From Planctomycetota bacterium (GTDB taxonomy: Bacteria; Planctomycetota; UBA1135; UBA2386): 64,000 bases of DNA. The stretch lies in NCBI GenBank assembly GCA_965223545.1, contig OZ245006.1, forward strand, positions 5,568,001 to 5,632,000, in the 5' to 3' direction. This document shows positions 39,372 through 50,244 of this stretch, one piece after another; position 1 is the first letter of the stretch, and every line of letters starts with the position of its first letter. The notes under the pieces were generated by a model. The model searched no databases and was not told where the DNA came from. It saw nothing but the letters and a program-made list of their open reading frames with translations. The translations under genes were made by a program, and so were the position numbers.

Positions 39372-41399
39372 ATGTCGCCCATGTCCGGACCGGCTGCCGA
39401 GTTCGAGGCCCTGCTGCGGGCGCGCATGAGCCGCCGCGCGTTCGCCGCCGGCCTTGCCGCGGGCGCAGGGCTCGCCCGTGGTCGAGCCTCGCGTGCAGCC
39501 GCCCCTCCGGCACGCCCCCGCGTGAAGTTCCGCGGCCTGGGCGCCGGCATCTCCGCGGACGACCGCGTCGCCGACGGCTACCGCGCCGACGTGTTGATCG
39601 CCTGGGGAGACCCGGTGCTGCCGGGGGCGCCGCCGTTTCGCCCGAGCGCGCTCACCGCCGAGGCGCAGGCCTCGCAGTTCGGCGCCAACGCGGACTACTT
39701 GGCGTTCTTGCCGCTGCCGCGCGGCTCGGTGCGCTCCGATCACGGTCTGCTGTGCGTCAACCACGAGTTCACCAAGGCCGTGGCGATGTTCGACGGCCTC
39801 GGCGACAGCTACCTGAGCGCTCGCGAGCGCTCGACCGCCGCCCAGGCCGCGGTCGAGCTGCAAGCGCACGGCCACAGCGTGTTGGAGATCCGGCGCGACG
39901 CTGCGGGCGCGGTCAGGGTGGTCGACGACAGCGTATTCGCGCGGCGGGTGACCGCGACTACCCCGATCGAGTTGCGGGGCCCGGCGGCGGGCCACGCCCG
40001 ACTGCGGACTGCGGCCGATCCCACTGGTCGGTTGGTGCGCGGCACGTTCGCCGACTGCGCGGGCGGCGTCACTCCGTGGGGCACCGTGCTGATCGCCGAA
40101 GAGAACTTCGACGAGTACTTCTGGGGGGACCCGGAAGCGCTTCCGGGGGCGGACCAACTGCGGCGCTACACCGTCGGCCGCGAGCCGGAGTACGGCTGGG
40201 GGCGGTCGGCTGTCGAGCCCGGTATCGACGCTGTTCTGCGCGACGAGCTGCGGCGGTTCGACCTGCAGCACGAGCCCAACGAGTGCAACCGATTCGGTTG
40301 GGTCGTCGAGCTCGATCCCTACGACCCCGCGTCCCGGCCGGTGAAGCGCACCGCCCTGGGGCGTTTCAAGCACGAGAGTGCGACGGTCGTCGTCAGCGGG
40401 TCGGGCCGCGTGGTCGTGTACTCGGGCGACGATGAGGAGTTCGAGTACCTGTACCGCTACGTCAGTGACGGGACCGTCGACGAGCACGCGGGATTCGACT
40501 CCGACCTCCTCGACCGCGGCGTGCTCAGCGCGGCGCGGTTCGACGCCGACGGAACCCTCACCTGGTTGCCGCTGATCTTCGGTAAGGGTGGTTTGACGCC
40601 CGACAACGGATTCGCCGACCAGGCCGAGGTCTTGCTGTGGGCGCGGCGGGCGGCGGACATCGCCGGCGCGACCCCGCTCGATCGCCCCGAGGATGTCGAG
40701 GTGGACCCGCGGACCGGCGGCGTGCTGGTCGCATTGACCAACAACCTGGCGCGGACGGAAGAGCAGGTCGATGGCGCCAACCCGCGGCCGCGCAACTCCG
40801 CGGGGCACTTGCTCGAGCTGCTGCCGCCGGGCGACACGGACGCGCTCCGCCACGACGCGCCGTCCTTTCGCTGGAACGTCTTCCTACTGGGAGGGGCGGA
40901 CGCCAGGCCAGGCGACGAGGGAGCGGATCGATTGTCGGCTCCGGCCTGGGCGGCCGGGTTGCGCTGTCCCGACAACTTGGCCTTCGATCCGTCCGGCCGA
41001 CTCTGGATCGCGACCGACGGCAGTCCCACCACCTTTGCCGACGACGTACCGCTGGCGCGGCGGATGCCGGATGGTCTGTGGGCGATCGAAGAGGATGCGG
41101 GGGGTGCGCGCCGGCCCCTGCTGTTGTACGCGTGTCCCAACGGTGCCGAGTTGTGTGGGCCGTGCTTCACGCCCGATGGCGAGACGCTGTTCGTCGCCGT
41201 CCAGCACCCAGGCGGCGGCGCGCCGTTCGCGAGGTCGCCGACGCGCTGGCCCGCGGGAAGGCCGGGAGTGCGGCCGCTGCGCGGCGGTCCGCCGCCGCCG
41301 CGCTCCGCGGTGGTCGTGATCGCCAAGCAAAGACCCGATGCGGCCGGCGACAGCGGAGCGGACGACCCCGGCGGGTTCGACCCGCGGATCGGGAGCTGA
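39372..41399 (+). CDS. Tat-exported PhoX-family alkaline phosphatase
   Basis: SRRAF Tat motif; CVNHE, CAGGVTPWGT..EEN, KRTALGRFKHE, DRPED, PDNL, ELCGP.FTPDG.TLFVAVQHP. Confidence 0.92.
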   Translation: MSPMSGPAAEFEALLRARMSRRAFAAGLAAGAGLARGRASRAAAPPARPRVKFRGLGAGISADDRVADGYRADVLIAWGDPVLPGAPPFRPSALTAEAQASQFGANADYLAFLPLPRGSVRSDHGLLCVNHEFTKAVAMFDGLGDSYLSARERSTAAQAAVELQAHGHSVLEIRRDAAGAVRVVDDSVFARRVTATTPIELRGPAAGHARLRTAADPTGRLVRGTFADCAGGVTPWGTVLIAEENFDEYFWGDPEALPGADQLRRYTVGREPEYGWGRSAVEPGIDAVLRDELRRFDLQHEPNECNRFGWVVELDPYDPASRPVKRTALGRFKHESATVVVSGSGRVVVYSGDDEEFEYLYRYVSDGTVDEHAGFDSDLLDRGVLSAARFDADGTLTWLPLIFGKGGLTPDNGFADQAEVLLWARRAADIAGATPLDRPEDVEVDPRTGGVLVALTNNLARTEEQVDGANPRPRNSAGHLLELLPPGDTDALRHDAPSFRWNVFLLGGADARPGDEGADRLSAPAWAAGLRCPDNLAFDPSGRLWIATDGSPTTFADDVPLARRMPDGLWAIEEDAGGARRPLLLYACPNGAELCGPCFTPDGETLFVAVQHPGGGAPFARSPTRWPAGRPGVRPLRGGPPPPRSAVVVIAKQRPDAAGDSGADDPGGFDPRIGS

Positions 41400-41492
41400 G
41401 CCTCCGGCGCCTCGAATCGTCGAGCGGCCATAACATTCTCGAGGCGACGCCGCTGCCATGGCGACAACGCCGCCGCGCTGAGCCTCCGGCGC
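41396..41492. repeat. Single internally deleted copy of repeat family A
   Basis: CTGAGCCTCCGGCGC at 41396 and 41478 (82-bp period); inner GAATCGTCGAGCGGC..AACATTCTCGAGGCG matches the array A unit. Confidence 0.9.
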
Positions 41493-41591
41493 GGCCGTCT
41501 CGGATCCGGATCGGTGCCAGTCCGACCTTGCCAAAGAGCGTCGCCGAACGAAGACTCTTCGCATGTTCGCAGCTGACGGCGGCGCCCACCC

Positions 41592-43526
41592 ATGACGGCG
41601 ATGTCCGATCCCGATGCGCCGGTCCGCGCGCCGGCTTGGGTGATGGTGGCCGGCGCAGTGCTCGCGCTGGCGGCACTCGGGGCTGGCCGGCTCGGCATTC
41701 TGTACGGCGGGTTCGGTCCGACCCAGCTTCTCGTCTTGGCCCTAGCGGCGGGCGTGCTCGCGGGCGGCGTGTGGAGTGCGGCGCCGATCGGGTTGCTGAC
41801 CGGTGCGAGCTTGGGAGCGGTGGGCGGTGCCTGCATTGGCATTACCGAGGCCGTGCACCAGCTGGTCCGCAAGGTCGGCTTCGACGTCATCTTGAAGCTG
41901 CCCGACGGCTTCGTGTGGATGACGCCGGTAGCCAACGCCGTGATCGGTGCCGGGCTCGGGCTCGGGCTCGGCCTGGTCGGCTCGGTGATCCGCGGCGGCG
42001 CCAACCGCGCCTCGTTGGCGTTCGCGCTCGGCATGCTGCTCGCCGCGGCGCACGCCTCGATCTACACCCTCGACAAGATCGCGGGACTGGTGCTCTGCAT
42101 CGGCGTGGGTGTGCAGTGCGCGCGGACGGCAGCGGCGCGTGCCAACCCGCGCGGCGGCCGCGTTCGGATCGCGGCGTCGGCCGCTGCTGTCGTCATCGGC
42201 GCCGGCCTCTTGTGGTCGGCGGTGCCGCGTCGCACCGCCGTCACCGCGGCGCCGAGCGGCTCACCGCCCAACGTGCTGTTGGTCGTGCTCGACACCGTCC
42301 GGGCGGATGCGCTCAGCGTCTACGGCGCGGCGCGGCCGACCTCGCCCGGTCTCGAGCGTCTGGCCAGCCGCGGCGTGCTGTTCGAGAACGCGGTGTCGAC
42401 GTCACCGTGGACGCTGACCGCGCACGCCACGCTGTTCACCGGCCGATACCCGCACGAGTGCAGCGCCGATTGGCACGCGGTGCTGGACGACGAGCACCCC
42501 ACCTTGGCCGAGACCTTCGGCGCTGCCGGCTACGCCACCGGTGGTTTCGTCGGCAACCTGCGCTACTGCCTGGCCGAGTTCGGCATCGACCGCGGGTTCG
42601 AGGTATACGAGGACTTCTACCTGCGGCCGTCGACCGTGTTCGCGAGTGCATCCGTCGGCTACGCCGTGCTCAACCAGATCGTCGGCCAGCCCTTCCACAC
42701 GGTGCTGCGCAACGATGCCACCACGATGACCGACCGCTTGCTCGCCTGGCAGGCACAGCTCGGTGAGCGGCCGTTCTTCGCCTTCGTCAACTACTACGAC
42801 GCACACGCCTACTGCGAGCCACCGCCGGATCTGGAAGGCCGCTTCGGTCCCGGAGGCGGCGACGCGCGCGACTGGAACGCCCGCGATGGCGCCAAGCAGG
42901 CCGACGCGATCGCCGGCTTCCGCAACGACTACGACGCGTGTCTGGTCTACGTCGATCGCGAGATCGAGCGGTTGCTCGACGGCCTCGCCGCGCGTGGCGT
43001 GCTCGACAACACCCTCGTCGTGATCACCGCTGACCACGGCGAACAGTTCGGCGAGCACGGCCTCACCGGGCACGGCAACAGCCTGTATCGACCCAACCTG
43101 CACGTGCCGTTGTTGGTGGTGCTGCCGGGCGCCGTGCCGGCCGGCCGTCGCGTCGCCGAAACCGTCTCGCTGCGCGACGTGCCGCGCACGATCCTCGCGC
43201 TGACGGGGATCGAGGACGCTCGGTTTCCGGGCACTCCGCTCGGTGTCTTGTGGGGACGCGAGCGCGACAGCGCGACCCCTTTGTCGGCCGTCTTGGCCGA
43301 GGTGAGTGCGGTGCCGGGATCACCGCCGCACATCCCGGTCGGGCGTGGCGACATGCTCTCGCTGACCGAGCAGGGCCACCACCTGATCATCAACGGCGAC
43401 GGCGTGTTGGAGTTGTTCGACTGGCAGGCCGACCCGCAGGAGACCCGCGATCTGGTCGAGACCGAGGCCGGGTCGGCGACGGCCGAGGCGCTGCGCGATC
43501 GATTGCTGCGAATCGTTGGCCGCTGA
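41592..43526 (+). CDS. Membrane-anchored sulfatase-like (alkaline phosphatase superfamily) protein
   Basis: N-terminal TMs; PNVLLVVLDTVRAD, SPWTLTAHATLFTG, TADHGE, HVPL. Confidence 0.88.
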   Translation: MTAMSDPDAPVRAPAWVMVAGAVLALAALGAGRLGILYGGFGPTQLLVLALAAGVLAGGVWSAAPIGLLTGASLGAVGGACIGITEAVHQLVRKVGFDVILKLPDGFVWMTPVANAVIGAGLGLGLGLVGSVIRGGANRASLAFALGMLLAAAHASIYTLDKIAGLVLCIGVGVQCARTAAARANPRGGRVRIAASAAAVVIGAGLLWSAVPRRTAVTAAPSGSPPNVLLVVLDTVRADALSVYGAARPTSPGLERLASRGVLFENAVSTSPWTLTAHATLFTGRYPHECSADWHAVLDDEHPTLAETFGAAGYATGGFVGNLRYCLAEFGIDRGFEVYEDFYLRPSTVFASASVGYAVLNQIVGQPFHTVLRNDATTMTDRLLAWQAQLGERPFFAFVNYYDAHAYCEPPPDLEGRFGPGGGDARDWNARDGAKQADAIAGFRNDYDACLVYVDREIERLLDGLAARGVLDNTLVVITADHGEQFGEHGLTGHGNSLYRPNLHVPLLVVLPGAVPAGRRVAETVSLRDVPRTILALTGIEDARFPGTPLGVLWGRERDSATPLSAVLAEVSAVPGSPPHIPVGRGDMLSLTEQGHHLIINGDGVLELFDWQADPQETRDLVETEAGSATAEALRDRLLRIVGR

Positions 43527-43709
43527 TCCGCGCGCCGGCCGCGCGGCGGAAGGCTGAAAGACGGTGCGCAACCGCGAGTTGTCGTGGACAGGACGCGGCG
43601 GAAGGCCTCGGCCCGAGGTGGATCCGGCGCGCTCCGCGTGACCGGACTCGAGAGGCACGATGCCGCCCAAACAGCCGCCACGGCCCGCCGCGGGGCCTGA
43701 TCGCTCGCC

Positions 43710-44705
43710 ATGAGCGCGTCGCGCGTCGCCCGCGAGGCGCAGATGATCGAGGACCTGTGCCGGCCGCACAACCTGCCGGGCGGCAGCAATCACGTCGAGC
43801 TGGTGACCACGCACGGCAGCGTCGTCTTCCTGACCGAGGACTCGGTCTTCAAGGTCAAGCGCGCGCGCGACTTCGGCTTCATGGACTACAGCACGATCCA
43901 GCGTCGCCAGGCGGCGTGCCAGACCGAGGTGCGGCTCAACCGGCGGACCGCGGCCTCCGTGTATCACGGCGTGCTGCCCGTGTTTCGCGACGCCGCCGGC
44001 TATTCGTTGGTGCGCGGCGGCGCGATCGTCGACTGGGCGGTGCACATGCGTCGCCTGCCCGACGAGCGCTGCGCGCGCACGATGCTTGCCGCCGGCGCCC
44101 TGGCGGCGCCGGAGGTGGCTGCCATCGCCGATGGCGCTGCGGCCTTCTACGCCTCCGTCGACCGCTACCCGCCCGCGCCGGAGGTGTGGATCGCGAGCTG
44201 CGAGGAGAACTTCGCGCAGACCGAACGCTTCGTCGGTGTGCAACTCGAACGCGCGGTGTTCGACCGTGTGGTCCGGCGGCAGCGGGAGTGGATCGAGCGC
44301 AACCGCGCCCGCATCGAGCACCGCGACTGCCGCGACGGGCACGGCGATCTCCGCCTCGAGCACGTCTACTTGCTCGATGGCGGGCCGGTGCTGATCGACT
44401 GCATCGAGTTCGATGCCAAGTACCGCATCGCCGATCCGGCACTCGACGCCGCCTTCTTGGTGATGGACCTCGGTTGGCGTGGCCACACCGAGCTCGCGCA
44501 GCAGTTCGCCCAGCGCTTCGCCGAGAGCAGCTGCGATCCCGAGCTCCTGTCGTTGCTCGAGGGCTATGTCAGCTATCGAGCTCTGGTCCGCGCCAAGGTG
44601 GCGTGCCTGGTCGCCACCGATGCAGCGACCCACGGCGACCGCGCCGTCGCCAAGGCCGGCGAGGCGGCTTCGCTGCTCGCCTACGCGGACTCCGGGTGGA
44701 GCTAG
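43710..44705 (+). CDS. Phosphotransferase/kinase-like protein (COG2187-like)
   Basis: TTHGSVVFL..VFKVK, EVRLNRR, DGHGDLRLEH, IDCIEF; no C-terminal AAA_33 domain. Confidence 0.8.
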   Translation: MSASRVAREAQMIEDLCRPHNLPGGSNHVELVTTHGSVVFLTEDSVFKVKRARDFGFMDYSTIQRRQAACQTEVRLNRRTAASVYHGVLPVFRDAAGYSLVRGGAIVDWAVHMRRLPDERCARTMLAAGALAAPEVAAIADGAAAFYASVDRYPPAPEVWIASCEENFAQTERFVGVQLERAVFDRVVRRQREWIERNRARIEHRDCRDGHGDLRLEHVYLLDGGPVLIDCIEFDAKYRIADPALDAAFLVMDLGWRGHTELAQQFAQRFAESSCDPELLSLLEGYVSYRALVRAKVACLVATDAATHGDRAVAKAGEAASLLAYADSGWS

Positions 44706-44742
44706 TGACACCGTGCTCGGAGACTCCTAGCATCAGCCGGCT

Positions 44743-46146
<1,404 letters not shown>

Positions 46147-46148
46147 GC

Positions 46149-47219
46149 ATGCGAGCAGCCAAGCGTTCGGCCGGCCGGCACCGGTCTCGGTGGCGCCGGC
46201 TGGCGCGCGGTGTGCTCGCCGCGGGGATCGGCTTGGCCCTGGCGGGTGTCGCCGGCGAGATCCTGGTGCGCGTGGTGGTGGGCGCTCCGCTCGCCGAGCG
46301 CGAGCCGCTGATGGAGATTCGGGCCAACCCGCACCGCGGCTGGGAGATGGTGCCCGGCCTCCACTACACCTACCAGCACCCCGTGCAGGTCAACGCGCTC
46401 GGGCTGCGCGGCCCAGAGCTGGAGACGAAGCGCGAAGGCGAGCTGCGCGTGCTGATGCTGGGCGACAGCCAGCTGTTCGGCCAGGGCGTGGCCAGCGACG
46501 AGACCGCGCCGCACTTCGTGCAGGAGCAGCTGCGTGCCGCGATGGGCGGGGCCCGTTCCGTCACCGTGATCAACGCCGGCCACCGCGCCTATGACACCCG
46601 GCAGGAGCTGGCGTTGTTGCGCGAGCTGGGGCCGCGCATCCAGCCGGACATCGTCATCGTTTGGTTCTACTGGAACGACCTGGACGAGCGCGACATCGAC
46701 GGCACCTACGCGCGGCTGACCGCTTCGGGCCCCATCGTGTTCGACGTCGGCGCCAAGATGGAGGGGTGGACGAGGCTGCGCTGGCATCTGGTGCAGATGG
46801 TGCGCCGCAGCGCTTTCGTGATGTACCTGTACGACCAGGTGCGCGCGCTGCGCGTGCCGGTGCAGCTGGATCCGGTCGGCCTGCAGCCGGCCTACGACCG
46901 TGCCGCCGGCTACGCGGAGAGTTTCGTCGAGCTCTCGCAGAGCATGGGGTTTCGCTTGTACTACGCGTTGTTGCCGGACGCGGCCAGCCTGGTCGGGCCA
47001 CACTTCACCGACGCGATGCTGGACTCCGTCAAGGCCGTGCTCGCGGCCAAGCGGATCGCCACCGTCGACTTGCGGCCACCGCTGCGCGCGCACGTCGAGG
47101 CTGGCTCGTCTCTGCCGGTGGTTCCCTACGACTTCCACTACGACGCGGTCGGTCACCGGGTGGCGGCGCAGGCCATGGTGGATCGGTTGTTGGCCGATGG
47201 GGTCGTGGCCGGCCAATGA
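46149..47219 (+). CDS. Membrane-anchored SGNH/GDSL-family protein
   Basis: TM segment, NALGLRG, LGDSQ, INAG, WND, D.H (YDFHY..GH). Confidence 0.8.
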   Translation: MRAAKRSAGRHRSRWRRLARGVLAAGIGLALAGVAGEILVRVVVGAPLAEREPLMEIRANPHRGWEMVPGLHYTYQHPVQVNALGLRGPELETKREGELRVLMLGDSQLFGQGVASDETAPHFVQEQLRAAMGGARSVTVINAGHRAYDTRQELALLRELGPRIQPDIVIVWFYWNDLDERDIDGTYARLTASGPIVFDVGAKMEGWTRLRWHLVQMVRRSAFVMYLYDQVRALRVPVQLDPVGLQPAYDRAAGYAESFVELSQSMGFRLYYALLPDAASLVGPHFTDAMLDSVKAVLAAKRIATVDLRPPLRAHVEAGSSLPVVPYDFHYDAVGHRVAAQAMVDRLLADGVVAGQ

Positions 47220-48367
47220 AGGTCGCGATCCTGTGCTCGGGGCTGGGGCACGTGCGCCGCGGTCACGAAGTGTTCATCCGCCAGGTCTTCGACCTGCTGC
47301 GCGACGAAGTCGATGTCACGCTGTTCAAGGGTGGCGGCCCGGCAGTGGAGCGCGAGGTCGTGGTGCCGCACGTGCCGCGCTACAGCAAAATGCTGGACGG
47401 CATGCACGTCGTGGCGGCGCCGAAGTGGCGCGCCGCGGTCGAGGAGGACACGCGGCTGGCGATCGAGATGGACACGTTCGCGCGCGGCGCGCTGCTGCCC
47501 CTGCTCGAAGGTGGCTATGACGTGATCCACTGCCTCGAGCGAGAGGTCGCCGATTGGCTGTACGGACAGCGGCTGTTGTTCGCCCAGGTGCCGCGCTTCG
47601 TCTTTTCCAACGGCGGGGCCTTGCCGGCGAAGCGGCTGCCGCGGTGCGACCTCGTGCAGGAGCACACGCGCTTCTCGATGCAGCGCGGTGCGCCGCAAAA
47701 AAGCGTGCTGCTGCCGCACGGGGTCGACCTGCACCGGTTCGATCCCGAGATCGACAGCGGGTTCCGCGCCGAGCTGGGGATCCCCGACGACGTCTTGCTG
47801 GTGCTCAGCGTCGGCACGATTTGCTACTGGCACAAGCGCATGGACCACCTCATCGAGGAGGTGGCGCAGGTCGAGGGTGCCCATCTGGTGGTCGCCGGCC
47901 AGCGATCGGTGGATGCGCCGGCGATCGAGGAGCTCGGCCGGCAGCGGCTGGGCGACCGAGTGCGGTTCGTCTCGCTCGGCCACGACGCCCTGCCGGCGGC
48001 CTACCGCGCCGCCGACGTGTTCGCGCTGGCCTCGCTGTTCGAGACCTTCGGCATCGTCTACATCGAGGCGATGGCGATGCGCTTGCCGGTGATCGCGACC
48101 GACCACGAGAACCAGCGGGCGATCATCGAGCACGGGGTGTTCGTCGACATGCGCCGCCGCGGCGCCCTGGCCGCGGCGCTGCGGGGCTTGGGGCCGCAGG
48201 AGCGTCGTGAGCTCGGCCGGTGCGGAAGGCAGCGCGTCGAGCAGCACTACGACCTTCGCCGGCAGAAGGCCGACTACATCGCGATGTACGAGCGCGCCGC
48301 CGCGATCCCGACCCAGGTGCCGCGGCATACGCTGAAGCGCCGGCTGCGCGGCTTGTTCCGTCGCTGA
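47216..48367 (+). CDS. Glycosyltransferase family 4
   Basis: HGVD..F, KRMD, YRAADVF..S..ETFGIVYIEAMA; ATGA coupling. Confidence 0.9.
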   Translation: MKVAILCSGLGHVRRGHEVFIRQVFDLLRDEVDVTLFKGGGPAVEREVVVPHVPRYSKMLDGMHVVAAPKWRAAVEEDTRLAIEMDTFARGALLPLLEGGYDVIHCLEREVADWLYGQRLLFAQVPRFVFSNGGALPAKRLPRCDLVQEHTRFSMQRGAPQKSVLLPHGVDLHRFDPEIDSGFRAELGIPDDVLLVLSVGTICYWHKRMDHLIEEVAQVEGAHLVVAGQRSVDAPAIEELGRQRLGDRVRFVSLGHDALPAAYRAADVFALASLFETFGIVYIEAMAMRLPVIATDHENQRAIIEHGVFVDMRRRGALAAALRGLGPQERRELGRCGRQRVEQHYDLRRQKADYIAMYERAAAIPTQVPRHTLKRRLRGLFRR

Positions 48368-48457
48368 GTCGTTTCAAGGCTGGTGCCGGGTCTCGCGCGG
48401 GCCTCGTCCTGAGGTATGCTCCTCGGCCTCCCTCGCCTCTTCCCACCCCGCACTCCC

Positions 48458-48712
48458 ATGGACAAGAACGCGATCGTCCAAACCGTCCGTGACTACATTT
48501 CGCGCGAGTTCTTGCGCGACGAGCCCGATATCGTCTTGCAGGACGACACGCCGCTGATCACCGGTGGAGTGCTCGACTCGATCAGTACGATCAAGCTGGT
48601 GTCGTTTCTCGAGGAGCAGTTCAAGGTCGAGTTCGCCGCGCACGAGGTGTCCGCCGACTACCTCGACAGCTTGAGCACGATCGGCGACAGCGTCGCCGCC
48701 AAGCTGGGATGA
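48458..48712 (+). CDS. Acyl/peptidyl carrier protein
   Basis: GVLDSI phosphopantetheine motif; LVSFLEEQF. Confidence 0.88.
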   Translation: MDKNAIVQTVRDYISREFLRDEPDIVLQDDTPLITGGVLDSISTIKLVSFLEEQFKVEFAAHEVSADYLDSLSTIGDSVAAKLG

Positions 48713-50244
48713 CACAGCGGCTCGACGCGCTCTTGGCCGCGTCCGCCGTCGCGCGGCCGGACCATGTCGCGATCGAAGACCCCGCTACCGGCGACGCCGT
48801 CACCTACGCCGAGCTCGACGCCGCGGCGCAGCGCGTCGCCGAGACCCTGCGCCAGCGCGGCGTGGTCGCCGGCGACCGGGTCGGAGTGAGCGGCAAGTCG
48901 GTGCCCGTCGTGGCGGCGATCTTCGGCATTCTGCGCGCCGGAGCAGCCTACGTCCCGGTCGATGCCAACGCCCCCTTGCAGCGCGGCGCGACGATTCTGG
49001 CGGACTGTGGCGTCGCCTGTGCGTTCGTCGCGCCGGCCGCCGCCGCCGGGTTCGCCGAGTCGTTCGGCCACGACGGCGGCGCCGTCGAGTCGGTCGACGC
49101 GCTCGCCGGGCTCGGACCCGAGCTCGCCCTCGTTCCCGGCCCCGGTCAGCGAGTCGAAGACCCGTCGATGGCGGGCGAGTTGGCCTACATCCTGTACACC
49201 TCGGGGTCCACTGGGGTGCCGAAGGGTGTGGTGCACACCCATCGCAGCGCCCTGGCGTTCGTCGATTGGTGTTCGGAGGCGCTCCAACCGAGCCCGGACG
49301 ATCGCTTCTCGTCACACGCGCCGTTCCACTTCGACCTGTCGATCTTCGATCTCTACGTGTCCATCAAGCATGGCGGCACGTTGGTGCTGATCGGCGATGC
49401 CCTGGGCAAGCACCCGACCGGGCTGGCGTCGACGATCGCCGAGCGTCGAATCTCGGTGTGGTATTCGACGCCCTCGATCCTGCGTCTGCTCGTCGAGATG
49501 GGCAAGCTGGAGCGCCACCCGCACGCGCCGCGGTTGGTGTTGTTCGCCGGCGAGGTGTTTCCGATCAAGCACCTCCGCGCTCTGCAGGCGGCATGGTCGA
49601 GCCCGCGCTACTGCAATCTCTACGGGCCGACCGAGACCAACGTGTGCACTTGGTTCGACTTGCCGCCGCAGACTCCGGCCGACCGCGAGCAGCCATTCCC
49701 CATCGGGGTGGAGTGCTCTGGAGACGTCGCTCGGGTCGTCGACGAGGCCGGTGCCGACGTCGCCGACGGTGACGAGGGCGAGCTGTGGATCGCCGGCGCA
49801 TCGGTGATGCTGGGCTACTGGAACCGTGCCGAGCAAACCGCCGCGGTCTTCGTCGACGGTGACGACGGGCACCGCTGGTACCGGACCGGCGATCTGGTGC
49901 GACGCGATGCCAGCGGCGATCTAGTGTTCGTCGGCCGACGCGACCGGATGGTGAAGCGGCGCGGCTACCGCATCGAGCTCGGTGAGATCGAGGCGGCGCT
50001 GTATCGGCACGAGCGCGTGTCCGAGGCCGCTGCTCTGGCGGTCACCGACGCCGATGGCGCGGTCGGGATCCGCGCCTTTCTGTCGTGCGCCGATGGCGGC
50101 AGTGTGCCGGTGCTCGAGCTCAAGCAGTGGTGCGCGAGCCAACTTCCGCTCTACATGGTTCCCGATCGGTTCTTCTGCCGCGAGGTGCTACCGAAGACCT
50201 CGACCGACAAGATCGACTACCAGGCCCTGGCGCGGGAGCAGTGA
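48709..50244 (+). CDS. Stand-alone amino acid adenylation protein (prolyl-AMP ligase PltF/RedM/PigI-like)
   Basis: YILYTSGSTGVPKG, FHFDLSIFDLY, NLYGPTETN, YRTGD, GYRIELGEIE, KIDY. Confidence 0.88.
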   Translation: MTQRLDALLAASAVARPDHVAIEDPATGDAVTYAELDAAAQRVAETLRQRGVVAGDRVGVSGKSVPVVAAIFGILRAGAAYVPVDANAPLQRGATILADCGVACAFVAPAAAAGFAESFGHDGGAVESVDALAGLGPELALVPGPGQRVEDPSMAGELAYILYTSGSTGVPKGVVHTHRSALAFVDWCSEALQPSPDDRFSSHAPFHFDLSIFDLYVSIKHGGTLVLIGDALGKHPTGLASTIAERRISVWYSTPSILRLLVEMGKLERHPHAPRLVLFAGEVFPIKHLRALQAAWSSPRYCNLYGPTETNVCTWFDLPPQTPADREQPFPIGVECSGDVARVVDEAGADVADGDEGELWIAGASVMLGYWNRAEQTAAVFVDGDDGHRWYRTGDLVRRDASGDLVFVGRRDRMVKRRGYRIELGEIEAALYRHERVSEAAALAVTDADGAVGIRAFLSCADGGSVPVLELKQWCASQLPLYMVPDRFFCREVLPKTSTDKIDYQALAREQ

